A stretch of DNA of 64,000 bases from Eledone cirrhosa (lineage: Eukaryota): positions 346,642,001 to 346,706,000 of the forward strand of contig OZ024743.1 in the NCBI GenBank assembly GCA_964016885.1. Reading direction: 5' to 3'. A program made the position numbers and the translations under genes. Below are positions 26,194 through 38,508 of this stretch, piece by piece; positions within the stretch are counted from its first letter, which is position 1, and each line of letters opens with the position of its first letter. The notes below the pieces were generated by a model. The model was given only the letters and a program-made list of their open reading frames with translations. It did not search any database and was not told the origin of the DNA.

Positions 26194-27233
26194 TATTCTA
26201 CTGTATATAATATCATGTTTAAATAAAGAAATTGTTTATTCACAATGTGGGGGACAGTTTGATGACTGTTTAGTAAAAGTGCATTGGTGTTCATGTGCCA
26301 AACACCCTAACAACTAAAAACGTATTATTATTAAACCGGCAATATTACGATTACAAGCGAATCAATCAGCCTTTAGTTTATCAGTTGATTATCTAGAAAT
26401 AGCTGTCAACTTTCCTTGATATAACATTATATTTTCTTAAGCGAATACGTTTCTAATAGCGAATATAGTCGTTGTTGCACTATCGTTAAATCAGTTTAAT
26501 TTAGTGAATATATATTTTCACAAATTTTGTTCATATTCTGGTCTCATTAGTGATGCATGCCTTAAGATGGATTCAATTGCCATGTCGAAACACCAGTGAT
26601 CATAGTTTTACAGGACTGCCCTTGAATTAAACAACAAGGTTACAGGCATCCGGAGTTTAGCTCCAGTCATTCTAGCATTAAGCACAGGGGAGTAAGATCA
26701 CAACAATAGCTAGCAGGCTGGTCTCTTGCAGAGATGATTTGAACGCGGACTCAATTTACGTAAACATTGAAAGACAAAGACAAGTTCTAGTACCATATCA
26801 GTAGAATACCCAGAGCATTGGTGCCTGATTAAATATAGATAAATTTGGCAGGCGACTGTTAAATGCATTGAATACGATAATAACACAACATCGATAATTC
26901 TAATGTCTGCCCTTTCAAAACTTGGAGACAATTAACGGCATTAAAATTTATTCATGTGGATTGAAATGCATTAAAAGTGTTATAATCAAAACATACATAT
27001 TTGATTATATATAACGATATCTTAACTTGAATGGATCTGTTATTTTTATCTGAAGACATTTTTTTCCAATTCCACCCTGCCCGTCCCTTCAATTTATCTT
27101 ATTTCTTTCTTTTGATGAAAGACTAGCGTCCGAAACGTTAAGACACTGTTCCTGCTTTTTCAAGTGTTAACCTAATATATTCCTTCCACATACTCTACCG
27201 GTTCTGTTGTTATTTCTGTTTACCTTGTGTTGT

Positions 27234-27291
<58 letters not shown>

Positions 27292-27389
27292 TGTATGTGT
27301 GCGTGTGCGTGTGTGTGTATATATATATGTGTGTGTGTATGTGTGTGTATGTGTGTGTATGTGTGTGTATGTGTGCGTGTGCGTGTGTG

Positions 27390-27424
<35 letters not shown>

Positions 27425-27689
27425 ATGTGTGTGTATGTGTGTGTATGTGTGTGTATGTGTGCGTGTGCGTGTGTGTGTATATATATATATGTGTGTGTGT
27501 GTGGGTGTGTTTGTGTGTGTACATATAGACATATAGACATACGTGCATATATATGTAAATATGTATGTTCATATGGTTTCAAAATTTTAGAAATGTTTAC
27601 TAATAGAGAGAGAGACAGTTTCTAGACACAAGCCCCTGGAATTTAAACAACATCAATGAGGTAAATATTTATGCATATCTGCATGCATA

Positions 27690-27744
<55 letters not shown>

Positions 27745-27849
27745 ACATGGATGTTAATGTATGTATGGATGTGGATGTTTTGAGTTATATATGTGAATAT
27801 CCATGTTTTGTATCTGATCTGTACCTGAGTATATTCAGTTATTACATGC

Positions 27850-28250
27850 AGGATTTTTGGAATGTTTTACATGTTTTACTCTACATGCCACTTTTTCGCT
27901 ACCCCATATCATTATATCTGGTCAGTTGTGCTTGCATTTTATTGAGGTTTTGACTCGAAAATTCCACCAGTACAGTTTCATATTATATATGTGTATGTAT
28001 TCAATATTGTTGTAACTTTTAATATGTTTATTGTTGGGGCTATTTTTTCTACGGGTTGCATTTTGTAGTGTCCTGGCCACTACATCGTGCCTCATAGGTA
28101 GATATTACTATTATGACATCTTTGAACAGCTGCTTATAATCACAGGCATAAATCTGAAGGTATAATCAGTGTTGAGTATCTGCAGATTTCTCATCAGTTC
28201 TGCATAAATATTCTCCTTTTCTCTAATCTTTGATATTATATTGGCATCTG
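27850..28250 (-). pseudogene. R4/NeSL-like RLE non-LTR retrotransposon fragment, internally scrambled
   Basis: Manual translation gives DANIISKIREKENIYAELMRNLQIL...FMPVII, then SSCSKMS...YLPMRHDVVARTL and YWWNFRVKTSIKCKHNxPDIMIW. These are the RHD, PDI and EKxxxY motifs of RLE domains. Confidence 0.7.
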
Positions 28251-28294
28251 TATGAATGTAAGTATGTATGTATGCATGTACGTAACTATGTAGG

Positions 28295-28900
28295 GATACT
28301 CTTGAGTGCTACTGGTAACATGTAACCCAGTACAACCTGTCACATGGTCGGGTAGTCGGTGACTAAACCGGCAACCCCACCAAGTTTACTTGGTGAGGAG
28401 GGTGATTTTGGACACCCTGCAGGACAAAAAATAAAACCTGACAAAGGGCGGAAGACTTCATAAGGGTCAACGGCCATCCCAAAGTGTGTAAATATGTATA
28501 TACACATGTACATATGTATGTATATGTATATGTGTATATACATGGGTGCATGTGTATGTATATGCGCTGGGACATAGAAATAGTCGGACTGGACACCCGA
28601 TCTCGCGTTTAAACCACTGGGAGTGAAGGACCCCTAGCCTTTCTCAGGGCATTCTTCTAGAAGAAGGCAACTAAGGAAGCTGGGATAACTCCGATATAAA
28701 ACCTGCGGCTCAGTAGTTACCGATGATGTTGATCTTTTCTTTTTTTCGGGTTATAGCTACTGTCGCTCAGAGAGTGGGATTGGCTCAGTGCACAGTCTTT
28801 CCTCACTTTGAAAAATATCTTCACGCACGATAGAATTAATTAATAATTATTAATAATGGTATATCGTAATAATGGTATAACGAGTGGGCAGCCATCATGT
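28295..28900 (+). mobile_element. RTE-derived non-autonomous element pieces; related copy at 53990-54300
   Basis: 28611-28900 is highly similar to 53993-54300. 28295-28480 is similar to 31695-31875. Confidence 0.65.
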
Positions 28901-29083
28901 ATCTATGTATGTATGCATGCCACTGACCACTCCCCTCTATCATTCTATTTCATCTTTAATTTCTCATTAAGACTTTTTTCCTAATATTTTACGGGTAAAA
29001 CTCACAATATATTTCTTCATTGTACTGTGTCGTTTGGGTTGATATTCTGTTTGCCTGATGCATCCAATAATATATATATATAA

Positions 29084-29114
<31 letters not shown>

Positions 29115-29211
29115 ATTCGATCTGTATCACTTTCTCTCTCTCTCTACCCCCTCTCTCTCTCTCTCTCTCTGTATATATATATATATATATAATGTGTGTT
29201 TGTGTGTGTGT

Positions 29212-29262
<51 letters not shown>

Positions 29263-29510
29263 AACACACATACACACTCACACACACACACACATAAATA
29301 TATATATATGTATATGTGTATATATATATATAATAAAGAGGGTGTGGTAAGATACCAGGTGGACCATAACGCACCAGAGTACTCAATACTTAGAGTAGTA
29401 GAGTGGGTAATAGAAAAAGAGTCAGGACCCTCACGGCTGAGCTCCAGCGATCTAGCTGGCGAAACGGCCGGAGCTCAGTCGTCGAGTCCTGACTCTTTCC
29501 TATATATATG

Positions 29511-29544
<34 letters not shown>

Positions 29545-29688
29545 TAGAGAGGGAGAAAGAGCGAGAGAAAGAGCGAGAGAAAGCAGGAGAGGATGAGAGA
29601 GAGAGAGAGAGAGAGAGAAATGGGTGGATGCAGCACTGGCGCTAGGTCTTTACCGAGCAGGAAAAAGATAATATTATTCGAAAGATGT

Positions 29689-30014
29689 TGGCGGTGGATT
29701 GGCAGTATCGGTAGAGGGTCGGACGCCATGCTTTGACACATAGAGTTACGGCCCTTGCCATTCTGAGTTCAAATCCCGCCGAGGTTAACATTGCCTTTCA
29801 TCCTTATGTGGTCGATAAAATAAAGTACCAGTAATACACTGGGTAATTGCTGGCCTTGTGCCAAAAGGTAGAAACAATTATTATATTACGGACTGAGTTC
29901 AAATCCCGCCGAGGTTAACTTTGCTTTTCATCCTTATGTGGTCGATAAAATACAGTACCAGTAATACACTGGGTAATTGCTGGCCTTGTGCCTAAAGTAG
30001 AAACAATTATTATT
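29689..30014 (+). mobile_element. Dimeric SINE (full plus truncated unit) with a 17-bp target-site duplication
   Basis: TATTATTCGAAAGATGT at 29672-29688 and 30008-30024 flanks both units. Confidence 0.9.
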
Positions 30015-30096
30015 CGAAAGATGTAGTATTAATTATTTGAGGTCGGTACACGAGCATGCTCTGTGTACAAGGACTGAAAACAACAAGAGATTATAT

Positions 30097-30133
<37 letters not shown>

Positions 30134-30141
<8 letters not shown>

Positions 30142-30312
30142 GACTGTGCGTATGTATGAGTGCTTGTATATCTGTGGGTGTGCACACACAAGTGTGTGTT
30201 TCTGCGTCAGTGTATGAATATACATATATGTATACACTGACGCAGAAACACACACTTGTGTGTGCACACCCACAGATGAATCAGCACTCATACATACGCA
30301 CAGTCATATATA
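30134..30312. repeat. Fold-back inverted repeat
   Basis: GACTGTGCGTATGTATGAGTGC...GCACTCATACATACGCACAGTC. Confidence 0.9.
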
Positions 30313-30336
30313 TGTGTGTGTGCGTGTGTATATTTC

Positions 30337-30472
<136 letters not shown>

Positions 30473-30627
30473 TGTGCGTGTGTGTGTGTGCGTGTGTGTG
30501 CGTGTGTGAATATATATGTATATGTGTGTATATGTTTGTGTGTGTGTATGTATGTATATGTGTGTGTGCGAGTGTGTGTATAATAAAAGACATAAGCGAA
30601 AGGAAGAGAGATTGCTGTTGTATGTAC

Positions 30628-30676
<49 letters not shown>

Positions 30677-30760
30677 AAGTTTTATTTAAATTGTTGGGTT
30701 AACAACGAGTAAATATTTATAACTGATATAAAAGCACTCAACAAGTATTTGGAGTATATT

Positions 30761-31019
30761 TACGATATTAAATAAATGGAAACTATATTTATAAAACCAT
30801 ATTTATTTCATTATATATATTTCAGGGATATCATATTAAAAATATGTTATGCCTTCTTCAGACAAAATACAATATAAACAGTCTTATAAATTATAAGACT
30901 GTTTATATTGTATTTTGTCTGAAGAAGGCATAACATATTTTTAATATGATATCCCTGAAATATATATAATGAAATAAATATGGTTTTATAAATATAGTTT
31001 CCATTTATTTAATATCGTA
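30761..31019. repeat. Long near-perfect palindrome (arms about 129 bp)
   Basis: Centre GTCTTATAA-A-TTATAAGAC at about 30890. Confidence 0.95.
30912..30975 (+). ncRNA. Type I hammerhead motif (mirror copy on the minus strand at about 30805-30868)
   Basis: AUUUUGU/AUGAAAU stem I; CUGAAGA; 14-bp imperfect stem II; GAAA-UAUAUA-UA. Confidence 0.75.
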
Positions 31020-31351
31020 TATATATATATATATATAACATATGTGTGAGTGGTTTCCGTGTGGGTGTAAATGGAGGCAAAAGGAAACGAGAATTTAATA
31101 ATAAACATCTTGTTTGCAGTAGATTTTATATGAATTTCGTTCATAACTGCCAGGTGCTGCGACTGGGTCAGCTACGTGGTTTATATATGAGTGACATTCC
31201 TATTAGCATCAGTATTTATTAACCTCGCCCATTGATGTTTTCACCAGGAAATAGTAGAACCAAACCCAAAACATTTGAGCTGAAATTTCATTTGTCTATA
31301 GATCGTGTATGTATGTATGTATGTATGTATGTATGTATGTATGTATGTATG

Positions 31352-31384
<33 letters not shown>

Positions 31385-31385
<1 letters not shown>

Positions 31386-32280
31386 TCATCTTGGTTAAGA
31401 GAGTGGGACTGGCTTTGTGGGACTGGCTTTGCTCACTATAAAAGCTTCACGGTACAGGCATTGCTTTATATCTGGAGACCTCTCTGCACATGTCGTCACA
31501 TGGTACAATGAGCACCGCACTATGTGTCAATAATTGTCACAAGTGTAGTGTCTGTACCAGAGTTTTCAAATCGCTGGCTGGACTAAAAAGTCACACTCGT
31601 TCAACGCATCGGTAGGGGTTCTCCTACACGAATATAAAGTAGTGGCCGTACTCGAAAACGAGTTGGCAGCCACCATGTATGTATGTCAGGTCACTAGTTG
31701 GTGCTACTGGTAACATGTATCCCAGTACAACCTGTCTCATGGTCGGGTCATTGGCGACTAAACTGGCAACCCACCAAGGTTTCCTGGTGGGGAGGGTGAC
31801 TTTGGACATCCTGCAGGACTAAAAACAAAACCTGTCAAAGGGAAAATGAGCTCTTAAGGGTCAATGGCCATCTAAAATCCCCTTAGCCTTTGTCAAGGCA
31901 GAATTCTAGGAGAAGGAAAACTCTGATATAACACCTGCAACCCTGATGGTATCCAATGATGTTGACTTGTTCTTCTTTTTGATAAATATCATCTTGGTTA
32001 AGAGAGCGGGACTGGCTTTGTGCAGTGCCTTTGCTCACTATAAAAGCTTCACGGCACAGGCATTGCTTTATATCTGGAGATCTCTCTTCACTTGTCGTCA
32101 CATGGTACCATGAGCCCAGCACTATGTGTCAATAATTGTCACAGGTGTAGTGTTCTACCAGAGTTTTCAAGTCGCTGGCTGGACTAAAAAGTCACACTCG
32201 TTCAGCGCATCGGTAGGAGTTCTCCTACATGGATATAAAGTAGTGGCCGTACTCGAAAACGAGTTGGCAGCCACTATGTA
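31385..32280 (+). mobile_element. Two tandem non-autonomous RTE-derived elements with (ATGT)n tails
   Basis: 31385-31680 matches 31985-32280. The 3' part encodes a CNNCHKCSVCTRVFKSLAGLKSHTR-type C-terminal finger and ends GCCGTACTCGAAAACGAGTTGGCAGCC(ATGT)n. The 5' part is shared with 28295-28480. Confidence 0.7.
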
Positions 32281-32483
32281 TGTATGTATGTTTTCATGTG
32301 CATATGTATTTATGTATCTATGTATGTTTGTTTGTTTGTATGTGCATATGTATGTATGAATGTAAATATATATGTATGTATGTATGTTTGTTTGTATGTA
32401 TGTATGTTTGTATGTATGCGTGTTTGTATGTATGTATATATGTATGTATTCATGTGTGTATGTTTGTATGTATCTATGTATGA

Positions 32484-32514
<31 letters not shown>

Positions 32515-33749
32515 CCTATGCATTCATGAGTTTTGACACGCACATATACACCTAGAAAAATATATAACGTGAAAGCACGTGGCTAATGGTTAGGACGTTC
32601 AATTTATGACAGAAAACTCATGAGGTGGATTCCTGGCAGCATATTTTATTTCACGTTGCATCACTTAGCACTGTTAGCAAAAATATGTGGTATGTGTAAC
32701 TCAAACTGCCATCCTTGTCACAAAATATGTCACGCTTCGCTTCCCTGAGAACTATGTTAAATTTACAAGTGTCTGTATAATGCTCAGACACTTGCTCGTT
32801 AATTTTCCAGACAATATTCCGATGAGGATATTACTTGTAATATATCAAGATAATCATGATCATCATGATCATCATTTTCTTCTTCTTCTTCTTCTTCTTC
32901 TTCTTCTTCTTCTTCTTCTTCTTCTTCTTCTTCTTCGTCGTCGTCGTCGTCCTTGCATTGTCCCCAACATGTCGGGCCCCAATTAAAAAAAGATGTGTTA
33001 TTATTTCTCTATATTTCCATTCTGTGTTAATAACATTCTATGCTTTACATATTTCCAAACTCGATAAAATAGGATACTAGATATATTCGGCGGTCAAATT
33101 ATTCAGTACAAGGCCAGAGAATTAAGGGTGGCCTTAGATCCCCTAATTCTCTGGCCTTGTACTTAAAAGAGAAACAATACATGATATACAGGAACTGGAA
33201 GAGAGAAGAAAAAACAGAGACACGGAGTGAATTAAAATGTGGGAGTAACCATACTGCACGAGTATACAGGCAAAGAGGGAGATAAAGAAGGAAAGTACGC
33301 TGACGCACATATACAAACAAACACATATACTTCTCACCATGCACCCCCACCACCACCACCACCACCACCACAGACACACTTACAAACAAACACATATAGT
33401 GCTCCCCACCCACAGACACACACATTCAACCATTTATACTGCCCCCCCCCCCACACACACACACACATTCAAACAAACACAGATACTGCAATAAATTGAG
33501 TGTCAAGGCTATACAAAATACGGATATAATTTTTTTTTTAAATGTATTTTAGTTCCTTTTTTTTTCATGCATGGAATAAATATGTTGCTATATATATTCT
33601 TTTTGTAAATTTATTTTGTTCCTCTTTTCAGAAATCGACACTTTATTTTAATACTATTTATATTTGTTGTTTTTGTAAATTACATCATTTTATCAATCTA
33701 TATGAATTTGCCATGTTTACATGTTTATATGTTTATATGTATTATATAT

Positions 33750-33910
33750 AGGCGGAGAATTGGCAGAAACTTTCAGACGTCGGATAGAAACATTTTCGGT
33801 ATTCGTCCCATCTCATTATGCACTCTGAGTTGAAATTCCGCTGTGGTTAACTATGCCTTTCGTCCTTTCGGGGTCGATAAATAAAGTGCCAGTAATGTAC
33901 TGGTGTCGAT
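33750..33910 (+). mobile_element. Diverged tRNA-SINE copy
   Basis: GGCGGAGAATTGGCAGAA head and CCTTTCGGGGTCGATAAATAAAGTGCCAG core. Confidence 0.75.
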
Positions 33911-34426
33911 TCTTTCTCTATAGAAAAAATTGTTTGTGTTCTGACCCGGAGAGGGTTGGGCTCCCTCAGGTTTAAAAGTGCATATGACGGTGCCTCTACG
34001 ACCCCGCAAGGAGTTATGGGTTCTTGTTTATCCTATGTATTATGTACAGATATGTATTTATCATAGATATGTAATGTTGGGGTGTACAGAAAGCATATAT
34101 TTATTGTTATTAAAGCATTTATATATTTCCGTTTATTTACATGCTCTTACCTTTGGTGATAAATGTGTTTCCAAATTCACCTGACATATAACATACAACA
34201 CTCTAACACCCATACATTACATATCATCATTAATATCTTATAGAGTTCTTAGTTACAGAAAATATGAAGAAACTCATATGAAGTATATAATGGGATAATA
34301 TTCCAGTTTTTTTCATTGTCTAAAGTTTTGTTATATTAAAAATATTTGAGAGAGTGTGTGAATTATATATTTAATATTTCCCACCATGCATATCATTAAA
34401 CAAATCACTCTCCACATTATCATTTC

Positions 34427-34483
<57 letters not shown>

Positions 34484-35223
34484 CGTAAGAGAAACACAAA
34501 CATAAGGACAATCCCCGCTCTTCGGCTGTCTGCTGTGGATCACTGATGTTTCGACGCATTTAAGAGAGTACATCTCACCACAGTGCGTTAATAACTAAGA
34601 GGTATAGTTATTAGGGAAGAAAACAACAACAACAATAAAACAGACACGATAGCGAAGAGAACGGCAGAAAAAGAAAATAAACAGAAGAAAAAGAACTGAA
34701 GAAAAACATACCGATAAAGAGGGGGAAACACTATTCAGTAGTACATGTAAGTTGCAGTAACTAATGGGAGAGAGAGAGTAGTTAAAAAGGGGACCGTGCG
34801 TAAGCCATGAGTCCATAATAACAGCACGAGAGAAAAAGCAAAGGGCTGACCGTCTGATCTTAGCGAGACCAGGCGCAAAGAGGGAGAGGCAAAGGAAAAC
34901 GGAATTGAGGGGGGGGAGTGGTAAGGGAGTAGAGAGAGGGGGAGAAATGAGAACAGTGGTAGAGAGAAAGAGAATAAATGAGTGAAAGAGAGAGAGAGAG
35001 AGAAAAAGGGAGAGAAAGGAAGAGGGAGAAAGAAGAAGAAAGGGAGGTAATCCTAAATGGCGGGACCAAAACCAGAATTAACAACAAGCGAGATAGGGAG
35101 ACTAGAACGAAGGTCACAACAATAAATTAATATGAATTAAAAGTGACAAAGGCGCTGTCTGGTTACTAATAAATATTGTTTAGAAAACGTATGAGAAATA
35201 TAAACATAAGGACAATTTCCACT

Positions 35224-35304
<81 letters not shown>

Positions 35305-35316
35305 AGAGAGAGAGAG

Positions 35317-35551
35317 AGAATAGAAAACGTAAAATCAGTGATGCATCTGAACTCAATTCATTGTGTGTTACACTTGTTTCGCCGGCGGACAGCTCGAGAC
35401 ACGATCATTGTGCAGATCTGTCTGATTTTGCGGGTCCAGTATCAGACAGATCCACACAATGATCGCGTTTCGAACTGTCCGTCGGCGAAACAATTGTAAC
35501 ACACAATGAATTGAATTCAGATGCATCACTGATTTTTCGTTTTCTATTCTA
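35317..35551. repeat. Imperfect fold-back inverted repeat
   Basis: Arms about 110 bp around a loop of about 10 bp. Confidence 0.9.
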
Positions 35552-35624
35552 TCATACTTGCTCTGTAAGGGCATAGAGTGCTCAACCGACACACCGCCTA
35601 TAGAAGCATCTTAGCTACCATCAG

Positions 35625-35659
<35 letters not shown>

Positions 35660-35662
<3 letters not shown>

Positions 35663-35890
35663 TCGAACCCTGGTGGTGCATTGTGTCCTTGAGCAAGACA
35701 CTGTGTTTCGCGTAGCTCCTGTACACTCAGCTAACAAAATGAGTTGTACTGGTAATTCAAAGGGCCAGTATTTTCACAATCTGTGCACGCTGAATCGACC
35801 TAAGAACTGCGTTAAGAGTACGTTAATTGCACGTTAATTTCACGTTGATCGGATCACAAGAATACTCGTCGTCGAAACCAACGAAGTGCT
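35660..35890 (+). mobile_element. Older tRNA-SINE of a second family; related relics near 32575-32850 (+), 43420-43535 (-), 12590-12680 (-)
   Basis: B-box-like TTCGAACCC followed by TTGTGTCCTTGAGCAAGACACT. Confidence 0.55.
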
Positions 35891-36057
35891 AGGTATACAT
35901 GACTGTAATAATTGTGTTTGGCCAAAGTTAATGGTTTAGAAAATCGTAACAATATAACTAAAGGTGAAAGATGATGACTTTCAGACACCCTCATGTGCTC
36001 ACTACCACCTCCAGGACGCTCACGAATTGGGCGTCATGGGAGCATGTGTTATATATA

Positions 36058-36830
36058 TATATAAAATGAGTCCCTCATCACTGATTTGCCAACGATCATT
36101 GGTATTTCATCGCATTAAAAATCATATATCTCACGTTGGTGCGACAATAACTAATTTAAGTTATTGGGACAATTGAAACGCGTAAAGCGAGTGAGACAAG
36201 TAAACAACACAGGGGAAAGCTAACAGAAGATGAAAAGAAACACAAGAAACATGGTTATTCTGTCAACATAAGCTGGGTGAATACATGAACGAGTAAGTAA
36301 CAGACCTTTCTCTTGTGAATCCGATGTGAGAAAGAAGGTAAATCGGGTTCGTAGCGGACGGGAGGAAGTAAGAAGGGGAGAAACAGAGAGTGAGTGAGTG
36401 GAAGTGCGAGGAAGAGGTCAGTAGATTGAAAGTGTTAACTGACATGACAGAGGGGACGAAAGAAAGTAAGAGAAACATAGAGAACGAGGGAGCAGTAAGA
36501 GAGAAAGAGAGAAACATAGAATCGCAGTTTAGGTAAATATATGAAAAATATGGGGAGAAGAATACTGCATAGTTGCACATGGATTACATGTTATAAAATG
36601 AGTCCCTCATCAGTGATTTGCCAACGATCATTGGTATTTCATCGCATTAAAAATCATATACCTCACGTTGGTGCGACAATAACTAAATTAAGTTATTGGG
36701 ACAATTGAAACGCGTAAAGCGAGTGAGTCAAGTAAACAACACAGGAGAAAGCTAACCGAAGATGGAAAGAAACACAAGCTACATGGTTATTCTGTCAGCA
36801 TAAGCTGGGTGAATACATGAGCGAGTAAGA
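36058..36830 (+). repeat. Direct repeat of about 245 bp (36058-36302 and 36591-36830), probable Penelope pseudo-LTR pair
   Basis: Near-identical copies containing GAAACGCGTA, separated by a purine-rich spacer. Confidence 0.75.
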
Positions 36831-36939
36831 AACTTTTTGACTGAAACCGGTAAAATACATTCCTTTTTGGGGAAATAAATGTTTTGCTGTTATTATATAT
36901 ATGTATATATGCGCGTGTGTGTGTGTGTGTGTGTTTGAG

Positions 36940-37004
<65 letters not shown>

Positions 37005-37318
37005 CAAGAGATGTCAACATGAATGGACCTGATATTTTTATCTAAAGACATTATTTTTCAAATTACACCCCGCCTGTCCCTTCAATCTATTTTATTTCTC
37101 ATTCTTTCTTCTGGTGAAGGATTAGCGTCTGAAATGTTCAGACCACCTTCTTGCTATTTTAAGAGTTAATTTAATATATTCCTTCCATATACTGTACCGA
37201 TTGTGTTGTTATTTCTGTTTAGCTTTTACACACACACACACATTTATATATATATATATAAAGATCCCGTTAGGGTGAAAGCAGCGATTCTTTGCTTAAA
37301 CTTTAATCTGTTATTTTA

Positions 37319-37388
<70 letters not shown>

Positions 37389-37748
37389 TAAAATAACAGA
37401 TTAAAGTTTAAGCAAAGAATCGCTGCTTTCACCCTTCGTTTTTGAATTTGTTTTGCAAGATTTCTTATCTGAAAACGTGTGTTGAGACAGATATTGTTAT
37501 ACTTTGGGAGGGTGATGCTGCCAATAAAAACACACGCACCTGTTAGTTTTCACTTCAATTTATTATAAATTTCCGTTTGGCTGGTCGGTTCAATGACCGG
37601 ATGATTGTTAATATATTGTCAAATCTGTACCGTCACACATTCTGTGACCTCTTCAGTGACAGATTTTTCTTATTTTGTGTCTCTCCTTTTTCTGTCCTAC
37701 ACCATCTTGCTTTTGTGTGTTGTGTACTTGGTTTGTGCATGTGTTACA

Positions 37749-37867
<119 letters not shown>

Positions 37868-37989
37868 TTTATCTGTTTATTTACTTGTCACTAGTTGGTT
37901 GTCTGTTCTATCGGTGTGTGTCTGATTTGTTTTATTAGTTTGGTTTTGTGTGTCTCTGTATGTCTTTACCTTGTCCATAATTACTAGTT

Positions 37990-38508
37990 GTGATGTTGCT
38001 GCTATTTCCACTCATGTTTTCTGTTTAATTTTGTCTGGAGTTCGTTTATGTTTGTTGCTTCTGTAATTTGCCTGAGCAATGAGTCTTTTCTGTGTGTGGG
38101 TATAATTTATATCTCTATGTTCTCTGACGTGCCTCTGTGTTCTATTTTAGCATGTTGGTGGAGTACTGATGAGTTACTCCCATCCTGAAATTCTCGCCAG
38201 TGTCCATTTATTCTTTCTCATATGTTACGGGCTATTTCTCCTATGTATATGGTGTTCTTATTTCTACACTGTCCCTCAGTACATCTTATGCTATATACTA
38301 CAGTTCTAGTTTTGCAGTTTGTGGGCTTACTTGCAGACATTGCATTTCCTATCAGTGCAGGGGCTCTTTGAAACAGATATGTTTTACTAATTTGGGCTTT
38401 TATGGGAATACCTGGTCTTTCAACTATTTTAATATTTAATTTGAGCTTGTATAGGACCATTCTAATTCTATAAACTAGTTCGCCTCTGGGGGATGCATTG
38501 ACGAACAT
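37990..38508 (-). pseudogene. Penelope-like element GIY-YIG endonuclease fragment
   Basis: CKTRTVVYSIRC...C...IYIGEIARNI, followed after a break by ERINGHW...SVLHQHAKIEH...LRQITEA...KLNRKHEW. This is the typical PLE GIY-YIG C-terminus. A pseudo-LTR-like 3' sequence with a decayed hammerhead follows at about 37436-37660. Confidence 0.85.

Larger units (their letters stand above)
20137..26197 (+). mobile_element. Full-length Tx1/L1-clade non-LTR retrotransposon (element B) with two intact ORFs and an (ATT)n tail
   Basis: Starts directly after an (ATT)n run (...TTATT|GAATGCC). About 210-bp 5' UTR, ORF1, 35-bp spacer, ORF2, about 260-bp 3' UTR with AATAAA, ending in (ATT)n at about 26156-26197. 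Much more GC-rich than the flanks. Confidence 0.95.
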
